Below are positions 38,913 to 48,501 of a stretch of 64,000 nt of DNA, one piece after another. Origin of the DNA: a bacterium. GTDB lineage: Bacteria; UBA8248. Made by a program: the position numbers and the translations under genes. The notes under the pieces are model-generated. The model was not told the DNA's origin. It saw only the letters and a list, made by a program, of their open reading frames with translations, and searched no databases. Within the stretch, counting starts at the first letter, position 1, and each line of letters begins with the position of its first letter. The DNA lies in assembly GCA_965213625.1 (NCBI GenBank), contig CBDBZU010000004.1:2624001-2688000 (forward strand). Reading direction: 5' to 3'.

Positions 38913-39581
38913 TTAACTCAATACTATTCTAACCATCCCTACATCTGCATCCACGGCATATCGATATCGATCCCGCTGAACAATAATCCAGGCGCTGGAT
39001 TGCTGAAACGGATCAATTTGTTCTCCCGCTGCTCGCAAAAAAGCTCTGCTCCCTATTTCAGGCCATCCGGTCAAGTTCCCATATCCAAAATTCTCGAATG
39101 TAAATCTTTGTTTATCTTCCAAAACTTCTAATGGTACAATAGTAGATTGGGGTATCAGTTCGCTTTGTGGCCAAAGTTCATGTGCTATATGTCCCTTGGC
39201 GAGTTTCTGGCTCACATTATGAAACCGGGCAAGTTCTGGTAGCCATACTAAGTTGCCTTTATCCTTTGTTTTACATTTCTCGATTCGTTGTTTGAGAGTA
39301 TCTTTTCTTTCAAGGATGCGTTTTACATTAGAGCGTGTGAGATTATCGATTTTAGTGGTGCCGCAAATTACACACTCCAAGAAGCAAGCTACATATTCCT
39401 CATCCAGGGAGAATGATCGATTACAACCCTCGCAAGCAAGCACAGTAGGCAATTGAAGGGGATATGGTTCATCAAGCAAAACCTTTGAAGGAACATGGTC
39501 ACGTGTATTAGATTCGCCCTCGCAATATGCACATACGCTTCCTTTCAAGCGTTCGTCCATGGGCAAGTGGCGTGGGTCCAT
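38913..39581 (-). CDS. HNH-endonuclease-like protein, low GC, possibly truncated by about 12 codons
   Basis: CAYC...TRDHVP...ACEGCN zinc/HNH pattern; the frame stays open after TAA as YLACEVMLGSL to 38877. Confidence 0.72.
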   Translation of the reverse strand: MDPRHLPMDERLKGSVCAYCEGESNTRDHVPSKVLLDEPYPLQLPTVLACEGCNRSFSLDEEYVACFLECVICGTTKIDNLTRSNVKRILERKDTLKQRIEKCKTKDKGNLVWLPELARFHNVSQKLAKGHIAHELWPQSELIPQSTIVPLEVLEDKQRFTFENFGYGNLTGWPEIGSRAFLRAAGEQIDPFQQSSAWIIVQRDRYRYAVDADVGMVRIVLS

Positions 39582-39932
39582 GCTGTTTCCTTTGAAGTTA
39601 ATCTCTCACGCTCACGTAAGTGGTGCCAAGAAAGTTTTGTCTTCTAAAAATAGGATTCGTTTTTAACGCTAGAAACCTAATGGGGGATCTGTGTTCTTGT
39701 CAAAATCCAATCCTATGTTGTTCTGCTAGTCACCCGTCCGGTTATTAGAACTCCCATACCTCCTAAAGACATTTTTCCTGCTGCTCACGCCGTTCTGTTT
39801 TGGAACGAAATTACCCGCATTTGCCGTCACTGGTTTTTCAGGGGGACGGGGTTTGCTCTGAAGGCTGCCCGCCGCCCTCTCATCTTATTAGCGCAGAGGG
39901 CCGCCTTCTCCGGAGACCGGCGGGTCTTCCGC

Positions 39933-40775
39933 TTACCCTTTCACCGCGCCGGCTGTCATGCCGGCGATGATCTGCCGTGCCGAGAAGAAGGTGAAGATCA
40001 GCGGCGGTATGACGATCAGCGTGCCCATGGCCATGATGCGCCCCCACTCGGGGCCCGAGTCCGTCAGGAACAGGCTGGTGGCGACAGGCAGCGTGCGCGT
40101 GGTCCTGTCCGTCAGCAGCAGGGCCAGAATGAACTCGTTCCATGCGATCCGGAACACGAAGATGCCGGTCACCGCGTAACCGGCCTTCATCACCGGGAAG
40201 AGGACGCGGGTGAACACCTGCCAGGGCGTGGCCCCGTCAACGATGGCGGCTTCCTCGAGCTCGATCGGAACCTGCTTCACGAAGCCGTAGAGCAGCCATA
40301 TGGCGAAGGGCAGGTTGAGCGCCGTGTAGAAGAAGATGAGGCCGGAAAGCTGGTTCGCAATCCCCAGCACGATGGAGACCGCGAAGGCCGGTATCGCCAG
40401 CACCGCGGGCGGTATCATGCGGGCCAGGAGCGCCCCGTTTGCGATGGACTGGCGGCCGGGGAACTGCATGCGGGCCAGAGCGTAGGCCGCCATGCCGCCG
40501 GTCGTCAGCGTGATGAGGGTCGCCGAAACACCCACGATGACGGAATTCGCCAGATACCGGTCGAAGTGCGCATCGCCGATGATGTCCACGTAGTTCTGCA
40601 CGGTGGGGTAGAAGAAAAACCACACGGGATTTCCGTCGAAGATCAGCACCTCGTTTTTGAAGGAAGTGCTGATCATGATGTAGATTGGCGTCAGGCATAT
40701 GATCGACAACAGGATCAGCCCCGCGTAGTGGATGGTCATTCTCGATTTCGTCGGTTCGAAACGCATCGCCTTCAC
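39933..40775 (-). CDS. Carbohydrate ABC transporter permease (MalG-like)
   Basis: ELEEAAIVDGA loop, WNEF, MTAGAVKG. Confidence 0.92.
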   Translation of the reverse strand: MKAMRFEPTKSRMTIHYAGLILLSIICLTPIYIMISTSFKNEVLIFDGNPVWFFFYPTVQNYVDIIGDAHFDRYLANSVIVGVSATLITLTTGGMAAYALARMQFPGRQSIANGALLARMIPPAVLAIPAFAVSIVLGIANQLSGLIFFYTALNLPFAIWLLYGFVKQVPIELEEAAIVDGATPWQVFTRVLFPVMKAGYAVTGIFVFRIAWNEFILALLLTDRTTRTLPVATSLFLTDSGPEWGRIMAMGTLIVIPPLIFTFFSARQIIAGMTAGAVKG

Positions 40776-40776
40776 C

Positions 40777-41688
40777 TCACACGTCGGCGCGGGTTTTCAT
40801 GGGGTTGCTGACCAGCAGGATCGCCAGGCTGAGGGCGAAGACGATCAGCAGCAAGAGTACGGAGATGGCCGCCGCATAGCCGAGTTGCTGGGCGTCGAAG
40901 GCGGTCTTGTAGACGTGCAGCGACAGCAGTTCCGTCGCCAGTCCCGGTCCGCCTTCCGTCAGGATCAGCATGACCTCCAGCCCCTTGAAGACGTCGATGA
41001 TCCGGAGCAGGAGGGCGATGATCAGGATCGACTTGATCATCGGCAGCTTCACGAGGAATATCTGCTGCCACGTATTGGCGCCGTCGATGCGCGACGCTTC
41101 GAGCACCTCCGAGGGCAGCGCCTGAAGGCCTGCGATCACGATGATGAAGACGAACGGCGTCCACTGCCAGATGTCCGTGAACACGATGGCGAAAAACGCG
41201 AGATGCGGCTCCCCCAGCCAGATCAGCGGCTCGAAGCCGGCAAGCTCCAGGTAATGGTTGATCCAGCCCGCCCGGGCGTCGTACAGGTAGCGCCATACCA
41301 ACCCGACCACCACGGGCGAGATCATGAGCGGCATGATGAAGATTGTCCGGAAGATGGACGCGCCGCGAATCGGTTTCTCCAGCAACAGGGCCAGTGCGAC
41401 CCCCAGCGTCATCTCGATGGTGATCGTGAAGAAGCCGAACTTGAACGTCACCCACATGGATTCCTGGACGTTCTCGTCGTGGAGCATGCGCAGGTAGTTG
41501 TCTGCGCCGATGAACTCCGCCGTGGACATCGGCGTGCCGATCGACCAGTCCTGCATGCTGAGCAAAAGCCCCTGGACAACCGGATAGATGAGGCCCGCGC
41601 CCATGAGCAGGACGGCGGGCGCGACGAACAGGTACCCGACGATCCACCGCCGCATGCCTGTTGCGACCGGAGGGGATGGGTCGCTCAT
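40777..41688 (-). CDS. Carbohydrate ABC transporter permease (MalF-like)
   Basis: WQWTPF, EASRIDGA, TEGGPG. Confidence 0.92.
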   Translation of the reverse strand: MSDPSPPVATGMRRWIVGYLFVAPAVLLMGAGLIYPVVQGLLLSMQDWSIGTPMSTAEFIGADNYLRMLHDENVQESMWVTFKFGFFTITIEMTLGVALALLLEKPIRGASIFRTIFIMPLMISPVVVGLVWRYLYDARAGWINHYLELAGFEPLIWLGEPHLAFFAIVFTDIWQWTPFVFIIVIAGLQALPSEVLEASRIDGANTWQQIFLVKLPMIKSILIIALLLRIIDVFKGLEVMLILTEGGPGLATELLSLHVYKTAFDAQQLGYAAAISVLLLLIVFALSLAILLVSNPMKTRADV

Positions 41689-41770
41689 GGTGTACGTTCC
41701 GGGAACCGGCCGTCCGCAGGCGAAGCGCCTCCCCCGGCCGGGCCGGGGGAGGCGGGTTCAGGGGTTTCGG

Positions 41771-43126
41771 CTACTTGGAAGATTTCGACTGCCACCGGTA
41801 GTAGCCCTCGCGTTTCATGACGGCGCGCGCCTTCTCCGCCGCTTTGTCCAGAATCGGCTTGATGGGCTTGTCGGAGGTCAGGACCTGGTGCAGCGCGATG
41901 CCGAGCACCTTGATGTTCAACTCGTTCCACTCGGGGATCAGCGGCCGCCAGTCCGGGTCGGCGCATTTGAGCTGTTCCGCAATCACCGGATATTCCGGGA
42001 ACTTCTTGGAGAACACCGGATCGGTGAGCGTGGAGATGCGGATCGGGTCACCGCCGAGCTCGACGATCCGGCGGTCGGCCTTCTTCGAGGTCAGCCACTG
42101 GATGAACAGGAACGCCGCCTCTTTGTTCTTCGAGTTGGCCGGTATGCCCATGGCGAAACCGCCCGTCTCGGAGCCGCACTGGACGTCGGTCGGATGGAGC
42201 GCGTAGCCGACCTTGCCGACGACCTTCGATTGCTTCGGGTCGCGGGCTCTTGCGGCGATCTTCAGCGAGTCGATGTACATGGCGGCGTCGCCATGCAGGA
42301 ATGCCTTGGACGCCTCACCATAGCTGTAGGACGGAATGCCGCGCGGGCCGTACTTCACCGTCTCGCGCAGGAACTCCGCGGTCTTCACGCCGGCGGGGCT
42401 GTTGAAGACGGGCTGCCACTTGTCGTCGAAGACGCGGGCGCCCATGGGCGCGGCATGGAACAGCCAGGCGGCCGTGACCTGGTGGCCGGTCTTGCCGCGC
42501 ATGGTGAGGCCGCCCATACCCGTCTTCTCCTTGATGGTCTTCGCCGCCTTGCGGACGTCGGCGTAGGTCTTCGGCACGGCGAGGCCCAGCTTCTTGAACA
42601 CGTCCTTGCGATAGGCCAGGATCGAGGTCTCGGCGCCGAACGGCAGGCCGTAGAGCGCGCCCGACTTGCCGGGCAAATAGCCCTTCTTGCCACCGACGAT
42701 GCCGCCGTTCTGGATGTAGGCGTCGGCAATGTCCTCGATGTCGTAGTTCGGGTCGACGAACGCGGGGCTGGTGAAGAACTGCGAGAGGGGCGTCAGCAGG
42801 CCCTTCGCCACGTACTCGCCCTTCCACATCACCACCCAGGCGACGACGTCGAAGTCGCCGTCTTTCTTGCTCATCTCCAGAAGCTGGCGATTCCGCATCT
42901 TGAGGTACTGGGAGTAGTCGATCTCGACCTTGATCCCCGTCTCCTTGGTGAACTCGGCGACCAGTTTCTTGGCCTTCTTGAAGTGTGAGTTCGAGGGCCA
43001 GCTGACCACCAGCGTCTTGCCCTTGTACTTCTCGTAGGGATTGGCCATCAGCGTCGTGGCGCTGAACGTCAGGGCCAGGGCCGCCGCAAATACGACCAGT
43101 CCTATGATCCGAAATTTCGATTTCAT
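41771..43126 (-). CDS. Sugar ABC transporter substrate-binding protein
   Basis: Signal peptide, FTKETGIKV, LYGLPF...LAYRKD, AAFLFIQWLTS; SD AAGGAGG. Confidence 0.9.
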   Translation of the reverse strand: MKSKFRIIGLVVFAAALALTFSATTLMANPYEKYKGKTLVVSWPSNSHFKKAKKLVAEFTKETGIKVEIDYSQYLKMRNRQLLEMSKKDGDFDVVAWVVMWKGEYVAKGLLTPLSQFFTSPAFVDPNYDIEDIADAYIQNGGIVGGKKGYLPGKSGALYGLPFGAETSILAYRKDVFKKLGLAVPKTYADVRKAAKTIKEKTGMGGLTMRGKTGHQVTAAWLFHAAPMGARVFDDKWQPVFNSPAGVKTAEFLRETVKYGPRGIPSYSYGEASKAFLHGDAAMYIDSLKIAARARDPKQSKVVGKVGYALHPTDVQCGSETGGFAMGIPANSKNKEAAFLFIQWLTSKKADRRIVELGGDPIRISTLTDPVFSKKFPEYPVIAEQLKCADPDWRPLIPEWNELNIKVLGIALHQVLTSDKPIKPILDKAAEKARAVMKREGYYRWQSKSSK

Positions 43127-43292
43127 GATTTCCTCCTTTCCAGGTAAGTTAATAAAGGGAATTATACACACGAATCGACAATTTTTTCCGAGTGGTCAAT
43201 TCATAAAGAATCCAGCAGCCCGATTCATCGTCCTCTCTCCAAAACCACTCCCTCGTTCTTGGGCTTTTTCTCACTCCCCTTGTTGAGGGGGT

Positions 43293-43376
43293 GTAGGTCG
43301 GACATATATGTCCGACATATATGCGACCCGGCCTTTTCTCGCCATCCGTCATGGGCCGCATATATGCGGCCCCTAC
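43293..43376. repeat. Inverted pair of GTAG-type REPs (REPIN-like)
   Basis: GTAGGTCGGACATATATGTCCGAC ... GGGCCGCATATATGCGGCCCCTAC. Confidence 0.75.
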
Positions 43377-43418
43377 ACTTGCGCCGCAGACGGGGTTGCC
43401 CTGCTACAAAACCATCCC

Positions 43419-44546
43419 TTAAGAAAACGTCCCGGCCCGAGCGGCAGGCTTGAGCGCGAGACCGGTCTCCTTGTCGAACAGGTAGAGTCTTTCCGTTTCG
43501 AAATAGTAAGTGCCCGACTCCATTCGCCCGTGCTCCGGGCCGGCTTCCACGGAGACGGAAATCCTTTGCTCGCCGATGCGCGCGGCGAGGAACTGGTTGG
43601 AGCCGACATACTCGGCGACGTCGACCGTCAACTGCACCGGGGCCGTGGCGCCGCCCGAATACCTCGCCCCCGTCGAGGAGAAATGCTCGGGGCGCAGGCC
43701 CGCGACGACATTCCGGGAACCGGCGTTCTTCAGGCTCTCATGGAAGGCCCGGGGGATCGGCAGTTCGAAGCCGTCTCCGGAAATTACATATTCCGAGCCT
43801 TCCCCCCTGATCTCTCCGTCCAGCATGTTCATGGCCGGCGAGCCGATGAAGCCGGCGACGAACCGGTTGACCGGGTGGTTGTAGACCTCGGGCGGCGTGC
43901 CGATCTGCTGGATGACCCCCTTGTCCATGACCACGATGCGGTCGGCCATGGTCATGGCCTCTATCTGGTCGTGGGTCACGTAGATCATGGTGCGGTCGAG
44001 TTGCTTGTGCAGAAGGGCCAGCTCGGTGCGCATCTGGGCGCGGAGCTTGGCGTCGAGGTTCGAGAGGGGTTCATCGAAGAGGAAGCAATATGCGTCGCGC
44101 ACGATGGCGCGGCCCATGGCGACGCGCTGGCGCTGTCCGCCGGAAAGCTCTCGCGGCTGGCGGTGCAGCAGTTCGCTCAGGCCGAGCATTTCAGCGGCGC
44201 GCGCCACCCGCGCGGCGATCTCCGCTTTTGGAAACTTGGCGAGGCGAAGGGAGAACGACATGTTGCCCGCCACGTCCATGTGCGGATAGAGCGCGTAGGA
44301 CTGGAACACCATGGTGATGTCGCGGGCCTTGGGAGGCGCATGGGTGACGTCGTTTCCGGCGATCATGATCCGGCCCGCCGAAACCTCCTCGAGACCGGCG
44401 ATCATGCGAAGCGTCGTGGACTTCCCGCAGCCCGAGGGGCCGACCAGCACCACGAATTCGCCTTCGTCGATCTGCAGGTTCAGATCGGTGATGACGGTAA
44501 CCCGGCCGAATCTCTTCGTCACGTCGATGATTTCAACGGCCGCCAT
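43419..44546 (-). CDS. Sugar ABC transporter ATP-binding protein (MalK/UgpC-like)
   Basis: GPSGCGKST, FQSYALYPH, LSGGQRQR, DEPLSNLD. Confidence 0.95.
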   Translation of the reverse strand: MAAVEIIDVTKRFGRVTVITDLNLQIDEGEFVVLVGPSGCGKSTTLRMIAGLEEVSAGRIMIAGNDVTHAPPKARDITMVFQSYALYPHMDVAGNMSFSLRLAKFPKAEIAARVARAAEMLGLSELLHRQPRELSGGQRQRVAMGRAIVRDAYCFLFDEPLSNLDAKLRAQMRTELALLHKQLDRTMIYVTHDQIEAMTMADRIVVMDKGVIQQIGTPPEVYNHPVNRFVAGFIGSPAMNMLDGEIRGEGSEYVISGDGFELPIPRAFHESLKNAGSRNVVAGLRPEHFSSTGARYSGGATAPVQLTVDVAEYVGSNQFLAARIGEQRISVSVEAGPEHGRMESGTYYFETERLYLFDKETGLALKPAARAGTFS

Positions 44547-45068
44547 GATTCCCCTTTTTCGGCACAGGCGACCACCATGTCCGCATGACGGTGAATCCTC
44601 CCGTATCGCTCAACGTCGATCATCGTATAACCGGCGCCTGTGCTGACTACGAGTTTGAGGAACTTCCCTTCACTTTTATCTCTTAACTTTGCGTATACGG
44701 CAAACTGAAGCGATTTGCAATTGTCCGAAAATCGGTGGAGCCCGGCCCCGTGCATGCGGTTGGCGAACCAAATGCGGGCAGCTGCGCCCCAGGCTCTACC
44801 CTGTTTCGTTTGTCGGCGAGAGGGAAAGCCGCCCACGGATTTCTCGAGCCGCCCCTTGGATTCTTCACCCGGTGCGGGCGTGTGCCGATGGCAATCGCCT
44901 TTCCTGGAAACACCGCCCGAGCGTGACGCGCCCGGCGTATTGCGCGTCGCCCGAAACGAGACCCCCGCGGTGACTTCCGCGCCCGGCGAGATATGTCCCC
45001 GCAATGCCGGCGCGCCTGGGGAAAGTCTTGCCTCCCGCCTCGAATCGCCGGTGGCAGGCATTGATAAT

Positions 45069-45815
45069 TTACCCGCTGAATGCGCGCGAGGCGAGGTAGG
45101 CGCCCAGCGCAAGGATGGAGAGGAAGAAAATCTTTCGGAACATCTGCTCGGAGAGTTTGCTGCGAATTCGCTGCCCGATGATCATCCCCGCCATCGCCGG
45201 CGCAAGCGCCATGGTGGAAAGGGCGCCGTGCTCGAGCCGCAGCAGGTCGTTGGCCTGAAGCGAGAACGCAAGCGCCAGCGTCGATACCGTGAAGAGCATT
45301 CCCATCGCCTGGATGAGCGCGTCTCTCGAGAGGCCGAGCGCCTGTAGGTACATCACCCCCGGCACGACGAAAGAGCCCGTCATGCCCGTCAGCACCCCGT
45401 TCACGAGTCCGACCAGCGGCCCCGCCCACTTCTCGCGGCGGGCTTCGACCTCGAACCGCAGTCCGAGCAGGTTCGCGGCTGCGTACGCCGCGAGCAGCAG
45501 ACCCAGAAGCGCAGTCAGCAGCGAGAACTCGACGCGCGTCAGCGCGGACGCGCCGAGCCGCACGGTGATCGCCGCCACCAGCAGGAACAGCCAGATCCGC
45601 CGCAGCAGGTCTCGTCCGTTGCCGCCGACCATCGCCTGCCAGACGTTCGTCACGAACGAGGGCACGAGGAGCAGGGCCATCGCGTTCGTCAGGTCGAGCG
45701 CCACCGCCAGGACGGCGAGGCTGACCGTCGGGAGGCCCAGGCCGATGACTCCTTTCACCGCGCCTGCGAGCAGGAAGGTTCCGGCGATTGTGGTGATGGT
45801 GGCGGCGTCGAACAT
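45069..45815 (-). CDS. Sulfite exporter TauE/SafE-family membrane protein
   Basis: AGAVKGVIGLG, NGVLTGMTG; about 8 TM segments. Confidence 0.85.
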   Translation of the reverse strand: MFDAATITTIAGTFLLAGAVKGVIGLGLPTVSLAVLAVALDLTNAMALLLVPSFVTNVWQAMVGGNGRDLLRRIWLFLLVAAITVRLGASALTRVEFSLLTALLGLLLAAYAAANLLGLRFEVEARREKWAGPLVGLVNGVLTGMTGSFVVPGVMYLQALGLSRDALIQAMGMLFTVSTLALAFSLQANDLLRLEHGALSTMALAPAMAGMIIGQRIRSKLSEQMFRKIFFLSILALGAYLASRAFSG

Positions 45816-46129
45816 TCCGTTTTTCCCAGGGCAGCGTTCGCAGATGTACCTGCGAGGGTACATTCCCCTGCTCGGGGGATTGTGTCACCACTTCAGTATT
45901 GCACAACAGACACAGCGATTCGATGGGCCGCCATAGTCGAAACCAGCCAATCGGACCGGAGCAAGCTTATACAAAATAATCGAGTGGCTACTTTAGCTGA
46001 GAATACTGCTTTAATTCGATATTGGTCTGGACAATGCGCGTTTTGTGATTATGAGGCCGGTAGCCTACTGAATCTGAGCAAACTGCTTGTTGTCCGGGTC
46101 AGGTATCAGCCGGCAGTTTTCGAATCAAA

Positions 46130-47173
46130 TCAGTCTCTATTGATCACTGCTTCAGCGCTTTGAATCTGCTCGATGATCCACCCGAAATCAGGAATGTCTC
46201 CCAGGATCATGTCCTGCATGGCCCTGTAATCTCTTTCGATCGCCGAGCGCAGTTCCGGTTGCGGCGCCAATCGCACCGAACCGGGGGCGGCCTTATCGAA
46301 CCGTTTCCAGGCCTGCTGAAAAGCGATAAGGTTGTGTTCCCGAACCGCATCCAGAAGAACGATGTTCGTGAGAGCAGACCTTCCGGTTTCGGTCACCGTA
46401 ATCATCGCGGCATCGTAGTAATGACGCGAGATCAAGTCCTTGTCGGTCGGCAAGCGTTTTCCATTTTCGTACCCGTAGCTCAGACCATGCAGGATCAACA
46501 GCTTCTCCCAATAAGTGCGTACCGGCGCGAAGGTTCTGACGCCGCTCACATCGAACGACCATTCAGGCAGAACACTGAAAATGTACGGGCTGACGGAGCA
46601 GGTCAAGTTCGGGTTCAGAGCGGATCTTGCTCCCGCCTCGATCTTCACGCGTGGGGACACGTAGGAAACGTCGCCGCTTGGATACAGGGTGGAATACTCG
46701 ATAAAGAGCGTTTGCCGCCTTTCATCATCCTCGTCCGGCAAGACGCTGCACCCTTCCACCATCTCGTCAATAATACCCATCAGCGACGCTTTCAGATCTC
46801 CCAGAATGTAGTCGCTGCAGGCCCCCGCGAGTTGTTTGAAGAGTGAATTTCGTTTCTTTCTGGATAGGTCTCCTCTGATCGTCGGGTCTCTATCGCCTTC
46901 GAAGCCCAAGCCGTCGCGATGCACCACCAGATCGATGTCCTCGGAGAACCGCTCGATTAGACCGAAGGCTTTGGACAAGGATGTTCCGCCCTTGAAGAGC
47001 AGTTTCGGATGTCCGTCGGGCAATCCGTTGTAGAGCGCATCGAGAACGAAACAGACCCAGAAATCCTTTTCCACGTAGCCGGGCAACGTGCCGAGTCGCT
47101 TCGCCGACGCTTCGAACACATCGCGTTTGTCTTGCTCGGCCAAGGTGAAAAAGGATGCGAATGCTCCCTTCAT
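46130..47173 (-). CDS. abiEii: Type IV TA toxin, AbiEii-family nucleotidyltransferase
   Basis: VEKDFWV, FKGGTSLSK, RFSEDIDL, RTYWEK, SRHYYD. Confidence 0.9.
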   Translation of the reverse strand: MKGAFASFFTLAEQDKRDVFEASAKRLGTLPGYVEKDFWVCFVLDALYNGLPDGHPKLLFKGGTSLSKAFGLIERFSEDIDLVVHRDGLGFEGDRDPTIRGDLSRKKRNSLFKQLAGACSDYILGDLKASLMGIIDEMVEGCSVLPDEDDERRQTLFIEYSTLYPSGDVSYVSPRVKIEAGARSALNPNLTCSVSPYIFSVLPEWSFDVSGVRTFAPVRTYWEKLLILHGLSYGYENGKRLPTDKDLISRHYYDAAMITVTETGRSALTNIVLLDAVREHNLIAFQQAWKRFDKAAPGSVRLAPQPELRSAIERDYRAMQDMILGDIPDFGWIIEQIQSAEAVINRD

Positions 47174-47790
47174 GAAGCGATGGGCTCATCGGTCGTAATG
47201 CTGCGTGCGAGCGGTTGCGCCCAGCCGGGCAAGTCACGACTGTTTTGTGCCAAGTTGTGTTTTACCGCGTCGGGGAGACGACGCTTCAGAATCGAGGCGA
47301 CCCGGGTGTCGGCGGCTCCAGGGCCGAGCCACCGGAGCGCCTGAAAAACCGGGGCCGCCGCCTTTCCCGCCCAGCGCATGACGCTTGGACTCGCATGCCG
47401 GAACTGGAGCGTTCGTCCGTCAATCTTGATTAAACGCGAGGCGCCATCCGTCACATAGCAAGGTCTGGCAGGAACCGCGTTGGTTAGGCCGAGCTGGTTT
47501 GCGGCCGCCATGCCATCAGGCATGACCCGGATGCCGTCTCTTCGTGCAATTGCTGCGATTGCGGAATCCAGATCGACCGGCGCGGGCTGATTCAGCACAC
47601 CGCTCATCCTCGGCTTGTCGTACAAGCCACGACCGACCCGGCGCAGTCGGCCTGCCTTGGCGAGTCGTGACAATGCTTGGTCGATGGCCTCACGGCTTCC
47701 GATATCCAGAAAATCCCTCGGCGTGCACACCCACCTTACGCCAGCGTTTTCAGATATCCTCTCTATGATCTTATCAGCCATGGAACCCAT
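47170..47790 (-). CDS. abiEi: Type IV TA antitoxin, AbiEi-like winged helix (DUF6088-type)
   Basis: DFLDIGSREAIDQALSRL...RRVGRGLY, AANQLGLT; ATGA overlap with the toxin. Start uncertain (47781-47811). Confidence 0.82.
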   Translation of the reverse strand: MGSMADKIIERISENAGVRWVCTPRDFLDIGSREAIDQALSRLAKAGRLRRVGRGLYDKPRMSGVLNQPAPVDLDSAIAAIARRDGIRVMPDGMAAANQLGLTNAVPARPCYVTDGASRLIKIDGRTLQFRHASPSVMRWAGKAAAPVFQALRWLGPGAADTRVASILKRRLPDAVKHNLAQNSRDLPGWAQPLARSITTDEPIAS

Positions 47791-48111
47791 TTGAGTATTC
47801 CTCATCTTCAAATGTCAGAGAATATGCTATGTATATCTGACAAATCAACCCTGTTGTTACAATATCGACAAGTTCGCGGCAAACCTTCCCCTATATCGCC
47901 AGCCCCTTCCTCCACAATTGCCAATCATTCTCCCCTCAGTCGACAGTCCGTCCTGAAAAATTCGGAGCAGATCATCCGAAAAAAGAGGTTGACAGAATGG
48001 GCTGTGAGCGTTTATTCAAAAGGTATGAAGGTTAGGGTTTCTTGAGGTTATCTTGCTGGCGCAACACGAGGCCATGGACGAGTTACAAATTAAGAACGTA
48101 CGTCGAACACA

Positions 48112-48140
48112 TCATCCCCTATCGCCCAATGGGAGGATGA
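48112..48140 (+). promoter_or_regulatory. SD-occluding hairpin in front of the lipid-modification operon
   Basis: UCAUCCCCUAU pairs with AUGGG(A)GGAUGA, 11 bp plus one bulge, covering GGGAGG. Confidence 0.45.
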
Positions 48141-48144
48141 CATC

Positions 48145-48501
48145 ATGCAGTCAACTCATGTAAAGAGCCGCTCCGCAGTTTCCGGCGCCGCCGATATCCT
48201 CCGTGACGTTTTCGGCGATATGGACTACGGGCTCCGCTTCCGCATGTGGGACGGGACTACGGTATCCGTGGGCCGCGAAGTGCTGCCCCTGGAAATCACG
48301 TTCCCCTCGCTCGATTCTTTCAAACACATACTACTGAATCCCACCGCGGATGCCTTCGCGGAGGCGTATTGCGACTCGGTCATCGATTTCGAGGGCGATC
48401 TGTTCGAGGCCATGAAGGTGGCCGACAGTTTCGAGAATATCGAATTGACCACGATGCAGAAATTCAAGTTGGCCCTTCGCATATGGAAACTCTCGGAATG
48501 A
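48145..48501 (+). CDS. Stand-alone N-terminal (lipid-binding) domain of a Cfa-family methyltransferase
   Basis: LRFRMWDG...P..DAFAEAY.D..IDFEGDL..AM resembles Cfa N-domain motifs; own SD; ATGA overlap with the next gene. Confidence 0.72.
   Translation: MQSTHVKSRSAVSGAADILRDVFGDMDYGLRFRMWDGTTVSVGREVLPLEITFPSLDSFKHILLNPTADAFAEAYCDSVIDFEGDLFEAMKVADSFENIELTTMQKFKLALRIWKLSE

Noticed and set aside
411-38915. TAA reassigned to an amino acid (two in-frame TAAs)
   Set aside because: The two sites imply different residues (Tyr and Glu), and TAA ends many intact genes here such as hup, msrP and petC.
35954-39790. Integron cassette array
   Set aside because: No integrase, mixed gene orientation, and no convincing paired RYYYAAC/GTTRRRY attC sites.
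44519-45906. Long ORFs 44683..45906 and 44519..45112
   Set aside because: Arg/Pro/Gly-rich off-frame translations overlapping tauE with no motifs. The 44560-45065 gap remains unexplained.
48499-48501. Sec read-through of the TGA ending the Cfa N-domain gene
   Set aside because: It is an ordinary ATGA start/stop overlap, with no redox motif or SECIS.
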